The notes under the pieces: generated by a model
Database searches by the model: none
What the model was told of the DNA's origin: nothing
Seen by the model: the letters and a program-made list of their open reading frames with translations, nothing else
From: Lytechinus pictus
Taxonomy: Eukaryota
Reading direction: 5' to 3'
Assembly: GCF_037042905.1 (NCBI RefSeq)
Contig: NC_087251.1
Location: 1,240,001 to 1,304,000, forward strand
Length of the DNA stretch: 64,000 nucleotides
Translations under genes and position numbers: made by a program
Part shown: positions 1-40,277 of the stretch, piece by piece
Numbering within the stretch: position 1 is the stretch's first letter
Layout: each line of letters opens with the position of its first letter

Positions 1-158
1 CCCGTTTTCACAAACATTTGTAGTTCCGAAGCCCGTTCCGAGAACCCTCCTTTTTACAATAAGCCCGCTCCAAGGCCCCCGTTTTTGGTCTCGCCCGCGG
101 CACACCCCTACCACTTTTTTGGTCGAGTGCCCCCCCCCCCCCCCCCCCCCCCCCGGGG
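1..158. mobile_element. End of a poly-C/CCCGGG-terminated non-autonomous DNA element
   Basis: CpG-rich segment ending in a long C run + GGGGG; related G-run ends at ~36760 and ~62350. Confidence 0.45.
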
Positions 159-343
159 GCCTGTATTCTTTCCTTTAAAACGTGCCATGAACACATCTGT
201 GCATCCATTGGAGTGCCACAAACACATTTTTGTGCAATGTCATAGAGCTATTGTTATGCCTATTGCATTTTGAGGAGTGCATTGCATGCATGAGTGATTC
301 AATTTTTTACTTCAGCTTATGGTCAAGAGGTTTAACATTAATA

Positions 344-1149
344 GGTGGTTTCAAACCGCCTCGATCACAAGAATCCCCGTTAAATTACGAGAACATTTAC
401 ATGCTCAAAAATATCAGATAATTATTCACGCATTCAGACCGCCCCGAAACACACTCTTTGGGGAAATTTCTCGAAGTTATGAGCATGCGCAGTACTGTCT
501 GGTAGCAGACGAAGAAGCGCGCGCTTTTAGTTGTACAATCGGGGGACGGCCGGGGCGGGAAATCTGCCTGCGGCCGGCGTAGCTCTAGCACGTACTAACT
601 ATACTCGATCGTATGCGCAAATCATTTGTTCCCTTGATCATCTGCAATTGCACTAGATTTCTCTCCAGTACCGGTACCGGTAAATATCACCCTTAATTCG
701 TAAAACTAATTTTTTAAGAAGAATCAACCGCCTAGTCAAAGTCGAACCCCGGGTCACGTCGCATGAAAAGTGTACGTATTTTTATCGCTGCATATGCACT
801 GGCGCTGGCTTGCTGGTAGCTAGGCCTCACATCAGCTAGCCTCGCATATCCATGCATATCGAACAGTGCGGGCTATGAACCGGAAATTCACTTTTCGCGG
901 TGATCGACGGGATACAAGTTCCCGTAGTTTGCTTTCAGATTGCCAAAATACCCACGACCTTGGAAAAATCCCCTCGAAAGTTCTCGTAATTTCGCCAAGT
1001 ACCCACTTTTTAGCAGGTATTTTCTTTCAGGGATATTACGCGTAGTTTGCTTTCACACCGCCAAAATACCTGGTATTTTCTGATCGGGGTAAATTTCCTG
1101 ATCAGAGAATACCTGGAACTGACGAACTTCGAGGCGGTCTGAAACCACC
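344..1149. mobile_element. Non-autonomous TIR transposon, 806 bp
   Basis: 21-bp TIR GGTGGTTTCA(A/G)ACCGCCTCGA with 1 mismatch; TA on both flanks (or AAT/ATT if the ends are AGG..CCT); internal repeats cgtagtttgctttca..gccaaaatacc at ~923 and ~1040. Confidence 0.8.
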
Positions 1150-2018
1150 TATTGTCTCAGGAGTGATTCCCTTTTTTTATAAATAAAACATTTAAATATA
1201 GACTCTTTGAAAAAAAAATGGCACTCGCTGATTACAGTGAATGGCACATTAAGAGTTTTATAAAATCCCTATAACAATGGTATTATAGTAATTACAACAA
1301 TGGTTATAATGATAATGATTACAACATCAACATAGAAAAATGTCAACAATAACAATTATAATACACAAGATTTTATACACAATTTATATCTTATTTTATA
1401 ATGCTCAAGGTGCTTCAGAGCAAATTAAAGAAAAATTACATTCAAATATTCATCCAATTTATTCAAACACGTACAAATGGCTATTACAGACAATTCATGG
1501 CAGTACATTGTATACATGTATAAGACTCTTTTGACAGAATTTTGTATATGACAGATACTGTCATATATCAACCTCTTTTACGTGTATAACAGATGATACA
1601 GGAATACATGTACATGTAATTGTTCTGTTAGTACAGGAATTTATTTTTATCCTTTTTTTCTTTTTTTACTTCTTCCTATACGTATTGAGAAATGTGTATG
1701 TACTGTACATGTACGTGACATGCACCTAGGCTAGCCATATGAATTAAGTGTAGGAATGAATTGCATTGGCTTTGTGCCAAGGAACTCTATGTGAAAATAT
1801 TCTACTAGGGCATTGAAATGAAATCCTATTTGTCTTATTCAATTATATTATTAGGTGATTATTGGCTGAGTGATTATTGGCAGGTGATTATATATGTACT
1901 ATTTCCACTATTACACCAAGGACATGTGGACATGGTGTACCTGTCACAGAGAAGTTAAGGTTTCAAATAACATTTCAGTCCAGAATATTTTTACTCTTGA
2001 TTTTGGGAGTAAATGCTT

Positions 2019-2295
2019 CAGTGGCGTACAGGATGGGGGCTTGGGGTGCCTCCCCCCCAAATTTTTTTTAAAAATTTGAAGAAAAAAAATTCACGACCAT
2101 GAAAAATAAAGAGAAAAGGGTGTTATATGATATTATCTTCTGAATGTTATAACAAAATCTATCACAAGAGTGGATTTTTGTAATAAGTTAGTCAAGATAT
2201 TTGCTCGCTCACTTCACTTGCTCGCAACTTGTTATCAATTTTGCCTGATACGTCATATTTGGGCCCCTGAAAATGTTTGGCTCATTATGCCACTG
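2019..2295. mobile_element. hAT-type MITE
   Basis: CAGTGGCGTA...TATGCCACTG ends; perfect 8-bp TSD AAATGCTT (2011-2018, 2296-2303). Confidence 0.88.
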
Positions 2296-3496
2296 AAATG
2301 CTTCCTTTGCAAAGGTAGAATAAGCATTTTTAAAAACTCATGCACTTCCGCAGAGTACTTTTGTCAAATACATTATATATGAGAGACATTAATGCAAATA
2401 CTAGCATATGAAACTGTCATCTCTAGAGAAAACAGTATTAGGTTGCTAGCGAAATGTGTGACTTTAAAAAAAAAACTGCTCTGTTGTGTTCAGTTATCCT
2501 GTGCTGTTTATGTTGATGTTTTTGAAAGGATGATAAATACAGCTGTTTTCCAGATGTTTTGTTGTGCCTTTCTGAAGAGAAAGCATGTAGTGCTTGTCTG
2601 GCAGTTCTTAGTAGTAAGGTCTGATGTCTATCATTGAATTTGTATGTCAGACTATTTTGGTTCAGATCAACACAATTCAATTCCAGTCACTTTTTTACAT
2701 CAATTTTTCATTTGAGGAAAATGAAAATCATTCATGTACATTCATGATTTTACTCTGATGAATGCATGTCGAAAATCTTCAGTATGTCCGTTTTTATTTT
2801 TGATGCTATTTTCCGTTCTATGATTTTGAGATACACTGTAAATTGATATTGATCAAGAAAATGAGAGGTTATATTTATGACAGTATTAAAAAATAAGTGA
2901 ATTGTAACCCCTTATGTCTATATTTGAATGTATTTGTAAATGTAAAAGTAGCCATTGGAAAAAAAACATGTTTATTATCTGTTTTAAAGATTATTTGATG
3001 AATGTTGAAATACAGTCCTCTGTGGCTTGATGTGGATTATTTCTCCCACGCAACTGTGTTGTGGAGATAACCTCATAAATATTTTCAGTAATACATAAAT
3101 AGCATGTTGATTTATAATTGCTGAAGGTACAGATGTCACCTTGTTTTAATTTTGCTCTTCCTATATAGTCCTGGCAATGTATATCAACATGATCGTGTCT
3201 AGACCATGTAATAAGAAACAAATACAATCTATTTAAAAGACTATGGCAAACAATTCAAATTCGAAATGATTTTATTTTCGAAATCTTTAAAACATACAAA
3301 ATATATATACAATGTTAAAAAATCCATAATCGGTAAAATTCATTGATGAGTAAAAAGGAAACAGAAAACAGAGCTTGTAAATAACACTGTGCAAAAAAAG
3401 AGCCTATTAAATAAAGATAATGAGGATCATGATAATAGAAGCTATGTGTTACGGGCAGTAAGTTAATCACCATGTATATTTTGATTATTATTTCAG

Positions 3497-30812
<27,316 letters not shown>

Positions 30813-32009
30813 AGATAGAACCCTAAAATAACTTCTCTTAACATGTTATTGAATGGAACCAGTTGTTCCCTCTTCAAAGTCCAGAGGAATTCCAGAATTC
30901 ATGAGTCAGTGGGTTAACTCCACTAGTTACATATAATGTACATACAGAACCTTTTTTATATATATATATATATATATTGGGTTCAAATTAATCCCAACTC
31001 TTCAAGCAGGGGAAGCCATGAAAAAGATGATTTTAACTATTGGTGTTAACAATACTGTTATTGTTCATCCAATTAGGCTTTGGTGTTACACCAGTAACAT
31101 CACTAATGGTAATGCAATTTCATCTTTGATGTTTACATCTAATGCTAGTATTAATCCAACTAGATTTTGGTTTTACACAAGCCACAGTGCTGAGACTGAC
31201 CTCACTAGGTGTTGAGCTGATGAAGGTGCAATTGTTATAACTTTGTAAACCCTTGTATGCAAATATCACCAACACCAAACTTGAAATTATACATTGTCAT
31301 TGAATTCACCAATTATAATACTCTAAGGAGATGATGTAGTCTGTTACACTCACAATATCATTCAGTCGTAAGTCACATCCAGGGATCAAAGTTTCATGTC
31401 ATTATGTCATCATCTCAAAGATCTGACCTAGGGGTTTAACATCAAATTTCTGTATCAGTAAGTAACTGATAATGCTGGAAAACCAAACCACAACACCAAA
31501 TTGTGTCAATCAGCATATTTATCCTTTGCAAATGTTGCAATATTGCACATTTATTCAACTGAATTCAACAATCATTTTGTTCTGTCAATTTCTGTAGAAA
31601 GAAACTAAAAAATGATGAAATTACCAAAATCAGTAGTGCAATAAGGAAAGTAAGATTCTACTAAAAAATATCAGAAGTGTCTTCTTTTTTTTTCTCAGAT
31701 TAACTCGGAATGTAATGAGTTAGTTGCTTGTGAAGGAACAGTGCATACATTGTAGGAACAGTGCATACATTGTAGTTTGGAAAGTTGCATTGATATTATA
31801 TTTCATTGTTGAGACTGATTTGAGAGAAATCTCAACAGTTTTAAGATGGCACCAAATTTGCATACAATGGTGAATTGCCATTTTCAGCTGTTTGTTTATT
31901 TTACCAAATTCTTCTATGATACATAATTATGTTATCTCACTAATCTTGACATCATTCATATCTTAGTACATAGGGGTAAGAATGATTTTGGAGCATGTGT
32001 GTATACCAG

Positions 32010-32279
32010 GGCTCCGTCTTAAAAAGAGTTACGATTGATCCAATCAATCGAAACTCTATGGAAATCCATCAGTGACATAATTTTTTCTAACGAAAATTTG
32101 CACAATGTCTTTTGTAAACTAAGGAGAACACACCAAATTGTCAAGAAATCAATAAATTTATGGATACACATTTATATCTAGAATTTTTTTGAACAAACAT
32201 GCATTTTATATGTTGACGTTGCTGGCTGTCCATAGTTGCGATTGATCGGATCAATCACAACTCTTTGTAAGACGGGGCC
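32010..32279. mobile_element. Harbinger-like MITE downstream of the HEATR5 stop (possibly in the 3' UTR)
   Basis: ~50-bp TIR GGC(T/C)CCGTCTTA.AAAGAGTT..GATTGATCC; CAG TSD. Confidence 0.8.
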
Positions 32280-35200
32280 CAGGAATGTAAGTAATGACAG
32301 TTTTGGCCTGTAGGAAACAATGGTGATATTTCTTGTAATTAACAAGTAACATGGTGTACGCATTTGAATATACAAATCAAAGAAGAAAAAAAACTTATCC
32401 TTGGTGAACATTTATACAAAGATTTATGTACTTAAATCATACTTACATTAAATTACTTATTCTCAGCCAATCATCCCTTCAGTATTGTGAACTACTTACT
32501 GTAGTGTATATCTTATGGATTGAGTGAGGTCCAAAAATTAAAATGATTTTATTTTGAACTTTATGTTGTCTTCTTTTTATATTTGTAAAGATTATCTAGC
32601 TAAGATGACAATCACCATGTTAATTGTTAACAAATTGTAATTTGACAAATCTTGCACATTTAAGTGAGATAATTGCACACCAAACAAATCACAATATTTG
32701 TTTAGGAGCTTAACATTTGGGATACAGGTAGTGCCTGTGTGAATACATGTTATCATTCATACTATTATGGCTCGATATAAGAAAAATGTGCATGTACCAA
32801 CGAAGTGTAGTATAGATGACCTTTTTCACAACATGCAGCATATTTGAATGAAGTGTAATGATGATTTAGAGGCTATTCTATGCAAGTTGTATTGCAGTAT
32901 ATCCTTTATATTAAAAGACAACTCTTACATAACTGTCCTTGCTCTTGACATGTGCATTGTATAATGCAGGAATATATGATGGTATGTAATATATCACAAT
33001 ATATTATTGGTGCTACAGACATCAAATTTGCTTGTAGATATGGTCAATGGATGTACGCGAGAGTTACCTATATCATGTTACATAAATACTGCATTGTTAT
33101 ATCTGATTAAAATTTAAGTCTTATCATGTCAGTATTACCTAGGGTATTGTATATGCATAATCCTAAACACACTTTCTGGCTCATGTTTAAAGGGGGAGGT
33201 CACATTGAGAATGAACGATCATTCAATTCTAAAGAGATTAAAACCCTTTTTACATTGACATTCTTAACCTCAGGCTTTCCTTAAAAGTTTCAATAACCCT
33301 CTACTATCTTATATTTGCTTTTTAAATCCATCTAAATTAAATTGTCTGATACTAAACTTCTTAACCAGGTCTTCAGTAAATGATGACATAACAAGGACAA
33401 TTTCCATAAAGAAGGCATAGTTTCAATTGATCAGTATATCCTACACCTATCATACATATTTATGCATACACTTAGAAACTTCTTTAATATCATATAAGTG
33501 ATAATAAATGGGGTTTAAATCCTGTAGGTCAGCAAATAAGAAACAGGCAACATGGGTAATAAAATTATTCTTAATTGAAAATGATTTTCATAGATCCTGA
33601 AGATGGGACTTGAAGTCAATTTTAGAAAGATGCAAATCATTTTACATAATCTTTCTTATTGTAATTATTTGCCACAGGTGAAAATTCTAATCCTTATTCA
33701 TAAGCATTTATAATGCATGTAGATATGTTCAATAATCCTGCAGTTAATTACTATAAACCTGTATTTTGATCTCTTGTTTTGACTTAAACCATGATCTAAA
33801 CTAAACTATGGGGAGCCAATTGTGACATAAAACATGTCAGTAGCAGATGTTTGATAATGAGTATTTATAGGGTCCTCAAGACTATCAATAAGCTTTCAGG
33901 GAAATGAAGAGGGCACTATATTTCTTGACTATTCAACCATAATCTATTGTTAGACTACAGATTTTAAATCATGGTTTAATATAGACTGGATTTCAAAATA
34001 TGGGTTTCTGAGTTTTGAATTTAAATTGTTGATAATGCTGTGATGATTCAGACATTATGTTTACATGTTAATAATTCTTGTAAATTGTAAATTACACTAT
34101 TGATTGAACGATAATGAATGTATCATTTTCCTGTGTATAATATATGTTTTTAATATATTGAGCAACTCAAAATGAGAATGTCATGTAAATTAAATACTGT
34201 TTACCCTTGCTTAAGCTTGGTAGTTAAAACGGCAGAGAAAATAAAAACAAAATAAAACAAAACAAATTGAATGTAATGTAAACAATTTATCATGTATATT
34301 ATCAATGTTGGAATAAAGGTATCTTTTGTGAACCATATAGTTGTTTTATAACTGTTTGTACACAATACGAACTACTGGAATCCATTTTTAATCTAACTAA
34401 GTGATTAATGGTAGAGAGATATATATTAAGAGGGAGAGGAAAATGATATAAAGAGGGGAGGGAGGGGTATGAGAGAGGTGTGGTAGAAAGAGATTGAATT
34501 ATTATACTGGAAATCATCCATTTTCTGTTCTGTGATTGAAGTGCAATAAGTATAACCTACTTGCAAGATAAAAATAAACAATTAGTCCTGTAATCAACAA
34601 GATAGAAAAGAAAGGAAGAGAGAGAGAGAGAGAAGGGGGGGAGCCTGCTACCAATGTAACAGTGCTTGGCCAATGATGTATCCCTTCTTGGAGTTCAAAA
34701 TAGAGGGAGGGTGTGGGCAAAGGAAAGACCAAATAAGAAGGAATGTGAAAGAGTAGAATGGAAAAGTGGGAAGGAAAAGAAATAATCTTGAGGACCACAA
34801 TTTTTTGGAGAATCATTCTTGACCATGTAAGAGCAGCTGGTATGAGAATTGTCTCTTTATCTACACCAAATTAATCTACTTTCCATTTGGTCTCATAAAT
34901 AATACTCAGTCGTCTACAAGCTGTTTGGTTGCTGGCCATTTTGTGTATTCAAAAGAAGACATCTGTGCTTAGCCATTCACCCATTCTCGATGCTGGCTGC
35001 CAATATTAAAAAAAAACCTGAATTTGTGGGTATCGAAGAGTTCTCAAAACATGTATTTGCTAATTGCTATGCTTGGAATTGCTTAAAAAATAGAATGATA
35101 GAAGACAGATCATTCTATTTCTTCATTTTTTATCTTTGTAAAATGAAATAGCGCCATCTCCGAATGATTCTATTAGGCATCTGTGACGTGAATTGCCACT

Positions 35201-35466
35201 TCTGATGACTATTTTGTGACAAATTTATTTCCCTATTCTGTATCGAGTATAGTCACTAATCATCTCCTGCTAACATTGATAGTCCAAACACACTCACCTG
35301 ATTTGAGTTAATCACTTACACTTACTCCAAAAGTAAGATTTTCCTTCGACTCCCCTCACACGTGATTATCACATTGAAAAAAGGCCAAGAGGCCTATAAT
35401 TTATGAACGTCCAAATCGATTATTGTGAATGTTCTGTTTTAGTACTCTCCTTTATTTCTTTCTTAA

Positions 35467-36054
35467 AGGAGAATGAAACTCTTGGAGCAGGTTAGCTTTT
35501 GTGAAAGCAGAAAAATCAAAGAATAAGATCAACAAAAGTTTGAGTAAAATAGGACTAGCAATAGAAGAGTTATGAGCATTTGAATATTGAGATCACTAAT
35601 ACTATGGAGATCCTCCCATTGGCAATGCGACCAAGATCTATGATGTCACAGATGAACAACTCTCCCCTTTTGGACACTGAAAATATACCCCAAAACATAT
35701 CTTTTTGCTTATTCTAATCATATGACAAACGATTCATCAATGATATAATGTTGTGAAACCTCTGTACTTGTCCTCTCATAAAGAGAACACCTCACCTTGT
35801 GATAGACTCTATAAAAGTGAGAATATAAGTGAAATAAGTACTAAAGTAATGAGGGAGTTGTACGTGCATGTGTGACATCACATATCTTGGTCGCATTGCC
35901 AATTGGAGGATCTACATGGCATTAGTGATCTCAATATTCAAATGCTCATAAATTTCTTATTATTCATTCAATCTTCCTCAAACTTTCAACAATATGTTTC
36001 TTTGATTTTTCTCTTTGATATGGATTCAGCTGGTTTCAAGGGTTTCATTCTCCT
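35467..36054. mobile_element. Kolobok-like MITE, family A relative
   Basis: TTAA|AGGAGAATGAAAC...GTTTCATTCTCCT|TTAA. Confidence 0.88.
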
Positions 36055-37394
36055 TTAAGTGTTGTATACACGCCCTTCATTATATCCAGAGGATCCAGCT
36101 TTTGCCAATAGGGGGAGGGCGGAAAATTATTTTCATACATATTTTCCTTTTGTTGTTTTTGAGGGGGTATTCTTACTAGAGACCATGCACGGGTTTATTA
36201 ACATCTTAGCGTTGTTGTTATAAACAAGCTAAGGAAGATCAATTTCATAAGGCCACTTACAATAATGCGAGCGCAAATCGCCAGCGAAATCTTGGGGGGG
36301 GGGGGGGGTATTTTAGGCATTTAAACTTGGAAATTGAACATTCTGAGCAGTGTTCGTAAGCATGAGCGGGATATTATCTAATGATATGAGCGCGAGGTGT
36401 GAGCTGAAAATTCACATTTTTATTACGACTAAAATCTTTGGTAATCATGAAAATTTGTGATTCCAACCTCAGCTGGACATTCGAAGCACTTATTTAACCA
36501 TGAACAGGATGGGCATCCAACTATCATATGCGAGCGAGAACCTGGATCTACCTATGTATGTATATTATCCCTTGGGATTTCTTTTCGAGACTATTTCCCT
36601 AAATAGCAGTAGTGGAAGCAACCATGCAAGCAACCATACTACGATACGAACCTCAAATTACCAACAATACCTACACGCCCATCAATTAAAAGAGGGGAGG
36701 AAGTGTAGACATTAACACGCATAACATAGATTGATGGGTTGTTCAAATAGGGTCAGGTTGGGGGTGGGGGCAGTTAAATGTATTGCTGAAGTGCGTGACC
36801 AAATTATTTCCAAACACCCCCTAAAAGATTTTTTCTCTCTGTGCGAAATAACCCCATAAACAAGTTTTTCGCGGGCTTCACATTTTGGCCCCTAAACAAG
36901 TTGTCGCCAGAATGACTCCTAAACAAGTTTTGTCTCGGGCCCGCACACTGAAACGAGGAGGAAAAAGCCCCGGGGAAAAAGCTTTGGGAAAACATACCCT
37001 AAACACGTTTGGCTATATAGTCTTTAAAAAATAAAAAAAGGCCCTAAATACGTTTGACTCCGCTATTGACCATTGACCAGTCTTTCAAAATAACCCTTTT
37101 TTGAAAATCGGTCGGAAATAGGGAGGGCAGGGGTCAAATTTGTTGATCGATCAGAGATGGGAAAGACTTCATCTTTTTTATCATTGTTTTTTTTTTTCTC
37201 TCTCTTGTCATTTATTACAGCTTGTTAATATTTCATTTTGTAATTGTTGGAACGCACCAGTATTAATTTCCAATATCTTTGAGTTTGATGTATAATTCTA
37301 TGGGATATGGATTTATTGTATAATTTATAATCATGTTTCAAATAATTTGTACAACTTGTTATGGAATTTGAATGTGTATTTTCAGTGATTTAAG

Positions 37395-37690
37395 AGAATA
37401 AAATAAAATCATCCTTAAAAAAGACGAGGAAAGAAGAAAGAAAGACGAGAGGCCTAAACAATAAAAGAAAGAATGAAAAAAAAAAGTCTGATAAAAAGGG
37501 AGAAAAGAAAGACAGAAAGAAAATAAAGAAATATAGGGAAATATAAAGAAAGGAAGGAAAAATAAAGAAGGAATTAAGAAAAGAAAGAAGGAAAACGCCC
37601 AGGGGAAAACAAAAGGAGCTCGGCATGTAAAGTAATAAAGAGAGAAATACGGTAAATAATGAAATGAGAAGTATAGGAAAACAAAGCATT
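37395..37690. repeat. Purine-rich low-complexity tract
   Basis: A/G-rich simple sequence. Confidence 0.8.
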
Positions 37691-37819
37691 GGAGAAAACG
37701 TTTCTTTCTAAGGGGAAGGTGTTTGGGTAAATACTGTCACAGAGAAAGTGGGTGGGGGTGTTTTTATCCTGGGATTTTGCATCCCTACCAGCAGCTTTAT
37801 TGACATTTTACTGGTAATT

Positions 37820-37930
37820 CATTTTCGAGGCCACGCCCATTATTGACGATCTCGCGCGAGATGCATGATATACGGATGAGCGATATCGTTGGTCCTCGGT
37901 ACGTGATGAGCCCGGGTTGCGCCGAATCCT
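37820..37930 (+). promoter_or_regulatory. Putative PLC-beta proximal promoter
   Basis: CpG-rich patch ~450 bp before the ATG; Sp/KLF box GGCCACGCCC (37829-37838) and a perfect 14-bp palindrome ATCTCGCGCGAGAT (37849-37862). Confidence 0.55.
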
Positions 37931-38362
37931 TTTAAAATCTTGCTTCTTGTTGAAACACCTTGAATCTAATATTTTTAAAAATAATTATTACTCTACTTAT
38001 TTCGATCTCCATCAAAATTTTCTAGGCGGGATTCAGATTCGGGAATATTTCAGATTGAATTTTAAGGTTCAACAAGTGAGCAAGACTTGTGTGACTGTGA
38101 GCGGAACACGGAAGTACCTGTACCGCAGGGCTAGCCCATTGGAATTTCATACATGTTCGGACACTGCAGCAGTATAGTTTCGCTGGAGTTGTGAAAGCTA
38201 ACAAATTCCGTATGCGGTTGCCTTGTTCAATCTGACGCCAGTGATCCAAACTGTCATTGAGTCGATGTTGAGTGTCACCAAATACTCTCTGTCTGCAGTG
38301 CTAAAATAACAACATTATTGTTTGAATTTTACGCAGATGAATTAGACAAGATTTGACACACA

Positions 38363-38461
38363 ATGGCCGGGGCAGACACATCAAAGGTTCGGCTAAAGTT
38401 AGAAGAGATTGTTGTTCCTGATGAACTCGTGGAAGGAAACAAATTCCTCAAATGGGATGAG
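38363..38461 (+). CDS. PLCB: Phospholipase C-beta (PLCB1/3-like), first coding exon; gene continues beyond the window
   Basis: ATG..GAG|gtgag gives MAGADTSKVRLKLEEIVVPDELVEGNKFLKWDE (33 codons). This matches the recalled PLCB1/PLCB3 N-terminus MAGAQPGVHALQL..G(T/S)KF(V/I)KWD(D/E), which also has a phase-0 intron after codon 33. Confidence 0.85.
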
Positions 38462-38534
38462 GTGAGCTCACGTCTAGGTGTCTTGTAGTTTGTCATATAT
38501 TTTAGTTGCTTTCATTTGTGTGTATATTGAGGGG

Positions 38535-39345
38535 TTTCAATTCAATTTCAATTCAATTTATTAATAATTCATAAAATGCAAAGCAGATATTAGACAGGAA
38601 TCACTCACACAACATGCGAGGTTAGTATACTATTACTAACCTCGCACAACGCATGTCATTTCATAATGAACTTTGACGTTTTCATTGGACAGGAATAACC
38701 GTCGTTTCTGGGAATTTATTCAACAATTTCTGACATTTTACTATAATCCCCATTTACCATGTATTGGTGAGTGAGCCAACGCAGTTCAGCGGAACAACCA
38801 AAATACAGAGACTGAAGCTTTTGGTCTAAGCAGATATATACAATAAAATGTGTATGGGAATCACAACAAAAGTCTATGGCTTGCTAAACAGTGATCCCTT
38901 TACATACAAAATATACAAACAGACACAAAAAAAAACCACACACACACATAAAAAAAAATGTTTGTGTAGGTTTTGTAGAATCAATATGCAGATAAAATAA
39001 CTTTTCTATATTTAGATTTAAAAGCATATTGTGAATGTATATTTTTTATTTCAGATGTAAGAGCATTCCATAACTTAGTGCATTTAATGATGGTAGAGTT
39101 ACGCTGAGTGAGATATATACAACAATGTGGCAAGATAGCGTTATTCTTATTACGTGTATTAAATGAGTGCTTGAATTTTCTGTTAGAAAAGAAATCTTCT
39201 AAAATAGGAGGTAGTGAGCCGTTAAAATGAGAAAACATAAAGATTGCCAATTTCAGGTTAATCAAATCAGAGAGCTTTAATGTATTTAAGTTTTTGAAAA
39301 GAGAAGTAGTATGAGCAAGGTAGTGCGAGTTCTAGTTGCAAATTT
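38535..39345 (-). mobile_element. CR1/L2-group LINE 3' fragment
   Basis: ORF 38981-39265 (H.FNTRN..KLWNAL..FKSKYRK.IL) resembles an RT C-terminus; tail AATAAA(TTGAA)n on the minus strand; interrupted by 38591-38828. Confidence 0.72.
38591..38828. mobile_element. TAGA..TCTA-ended small transposon with 9-bp TSD
   Basis: AGCAGATAT direct repeats at 38582-38590 and 38829-38837. Confidence 0.72.
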
Positions 39346-39599
39346 CAGAACGTGCCCTTATGGAAAACAAAGCTCAAAGTCTTCTTGGTCTTGATGTTTT
39401 GAAATTTATGTTTTCTTCAAATTAAAGTTCAATGCTTTTCTATAAAAAAGTATACTATGACCATAACCTTGTTCATTGAATGAGTGACTATGACAAGGTT
39501 TGAAGGAGTCTGCGTTCATATTTCAATAATTGATATTGATACAAAACATAAAAATATATAAATTTAGATCAACTTATTTTAATTTAGGCCTACTACTAC

Positions 39600-40043
39600 T
39601 AGACAATTGGCAGCCGTCTGTTTTGAGTTTTTTAACATTTTTAATTTTTTTCAAATTTCTCCTCGTACACAGACGGCCCGCTATCGTGCAGCCACCATTA
39701 GGGGGTTAACAATTCAAAATCCCCCCGACGGGGCTCATCGATTTTTGTCATTATTTCATTGAAAATATATAAAAAGAACTACCAAAATAAAGATTATTAT
39801 TCCGTTTTGGCCTGAAATGCACCAAAATGGGGAAAAATAAACTTAAAAGGGGAAAAAACAGTGACTTACTTCGGCTATCGCGCAACTTCACTTCCCTGTT
39901 TTATCCAAACTTAATACATAAACATATGGCCATTGAGTCCCCTGCACAGATCGAGCTAGAACTTCGGACTCTGTATTTGGTGAGTGGAGCCAACGGAGTT
40001 CAGCGGAACAACCAACATAACAGAGACCGAAGCTTTTGATCTA
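39600..40043. mobile_element. Second TAGA..TCTA element
   Basis: Shares ~70 bp of its right end with 38591-38828; ACTACTAC(T) TSD. Confidence 0.68.
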
Positions 40044-40277
40044 ACTACTACTAGCTATATGATCTCTATTCTCTTTTACTGAATTGAATTGAATTAGATT
40101 GATCGATTGATTGATAGAGTTTGTTCTTTAGTTTCATGAATAATTATTATAGTCTAATTATACAGTGTAATAGTTAGCACTTTCCACTGAATCAGAAGTC
40201 TCTACTTACCAAGAGATCTACTGTAATTTGTAAGATACATGTTCTTGTCCCATATACATGTACATGGATGTATTTTT

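Noticed and set aside
30813..34330. HEATR5 polyadenylation site
   Set aside because: Several AATAAA/ATTAAA hexamers (~32447, 33503, 33558, 34240, 34312) in AT-rich DNA; cannot choose without transcript data.
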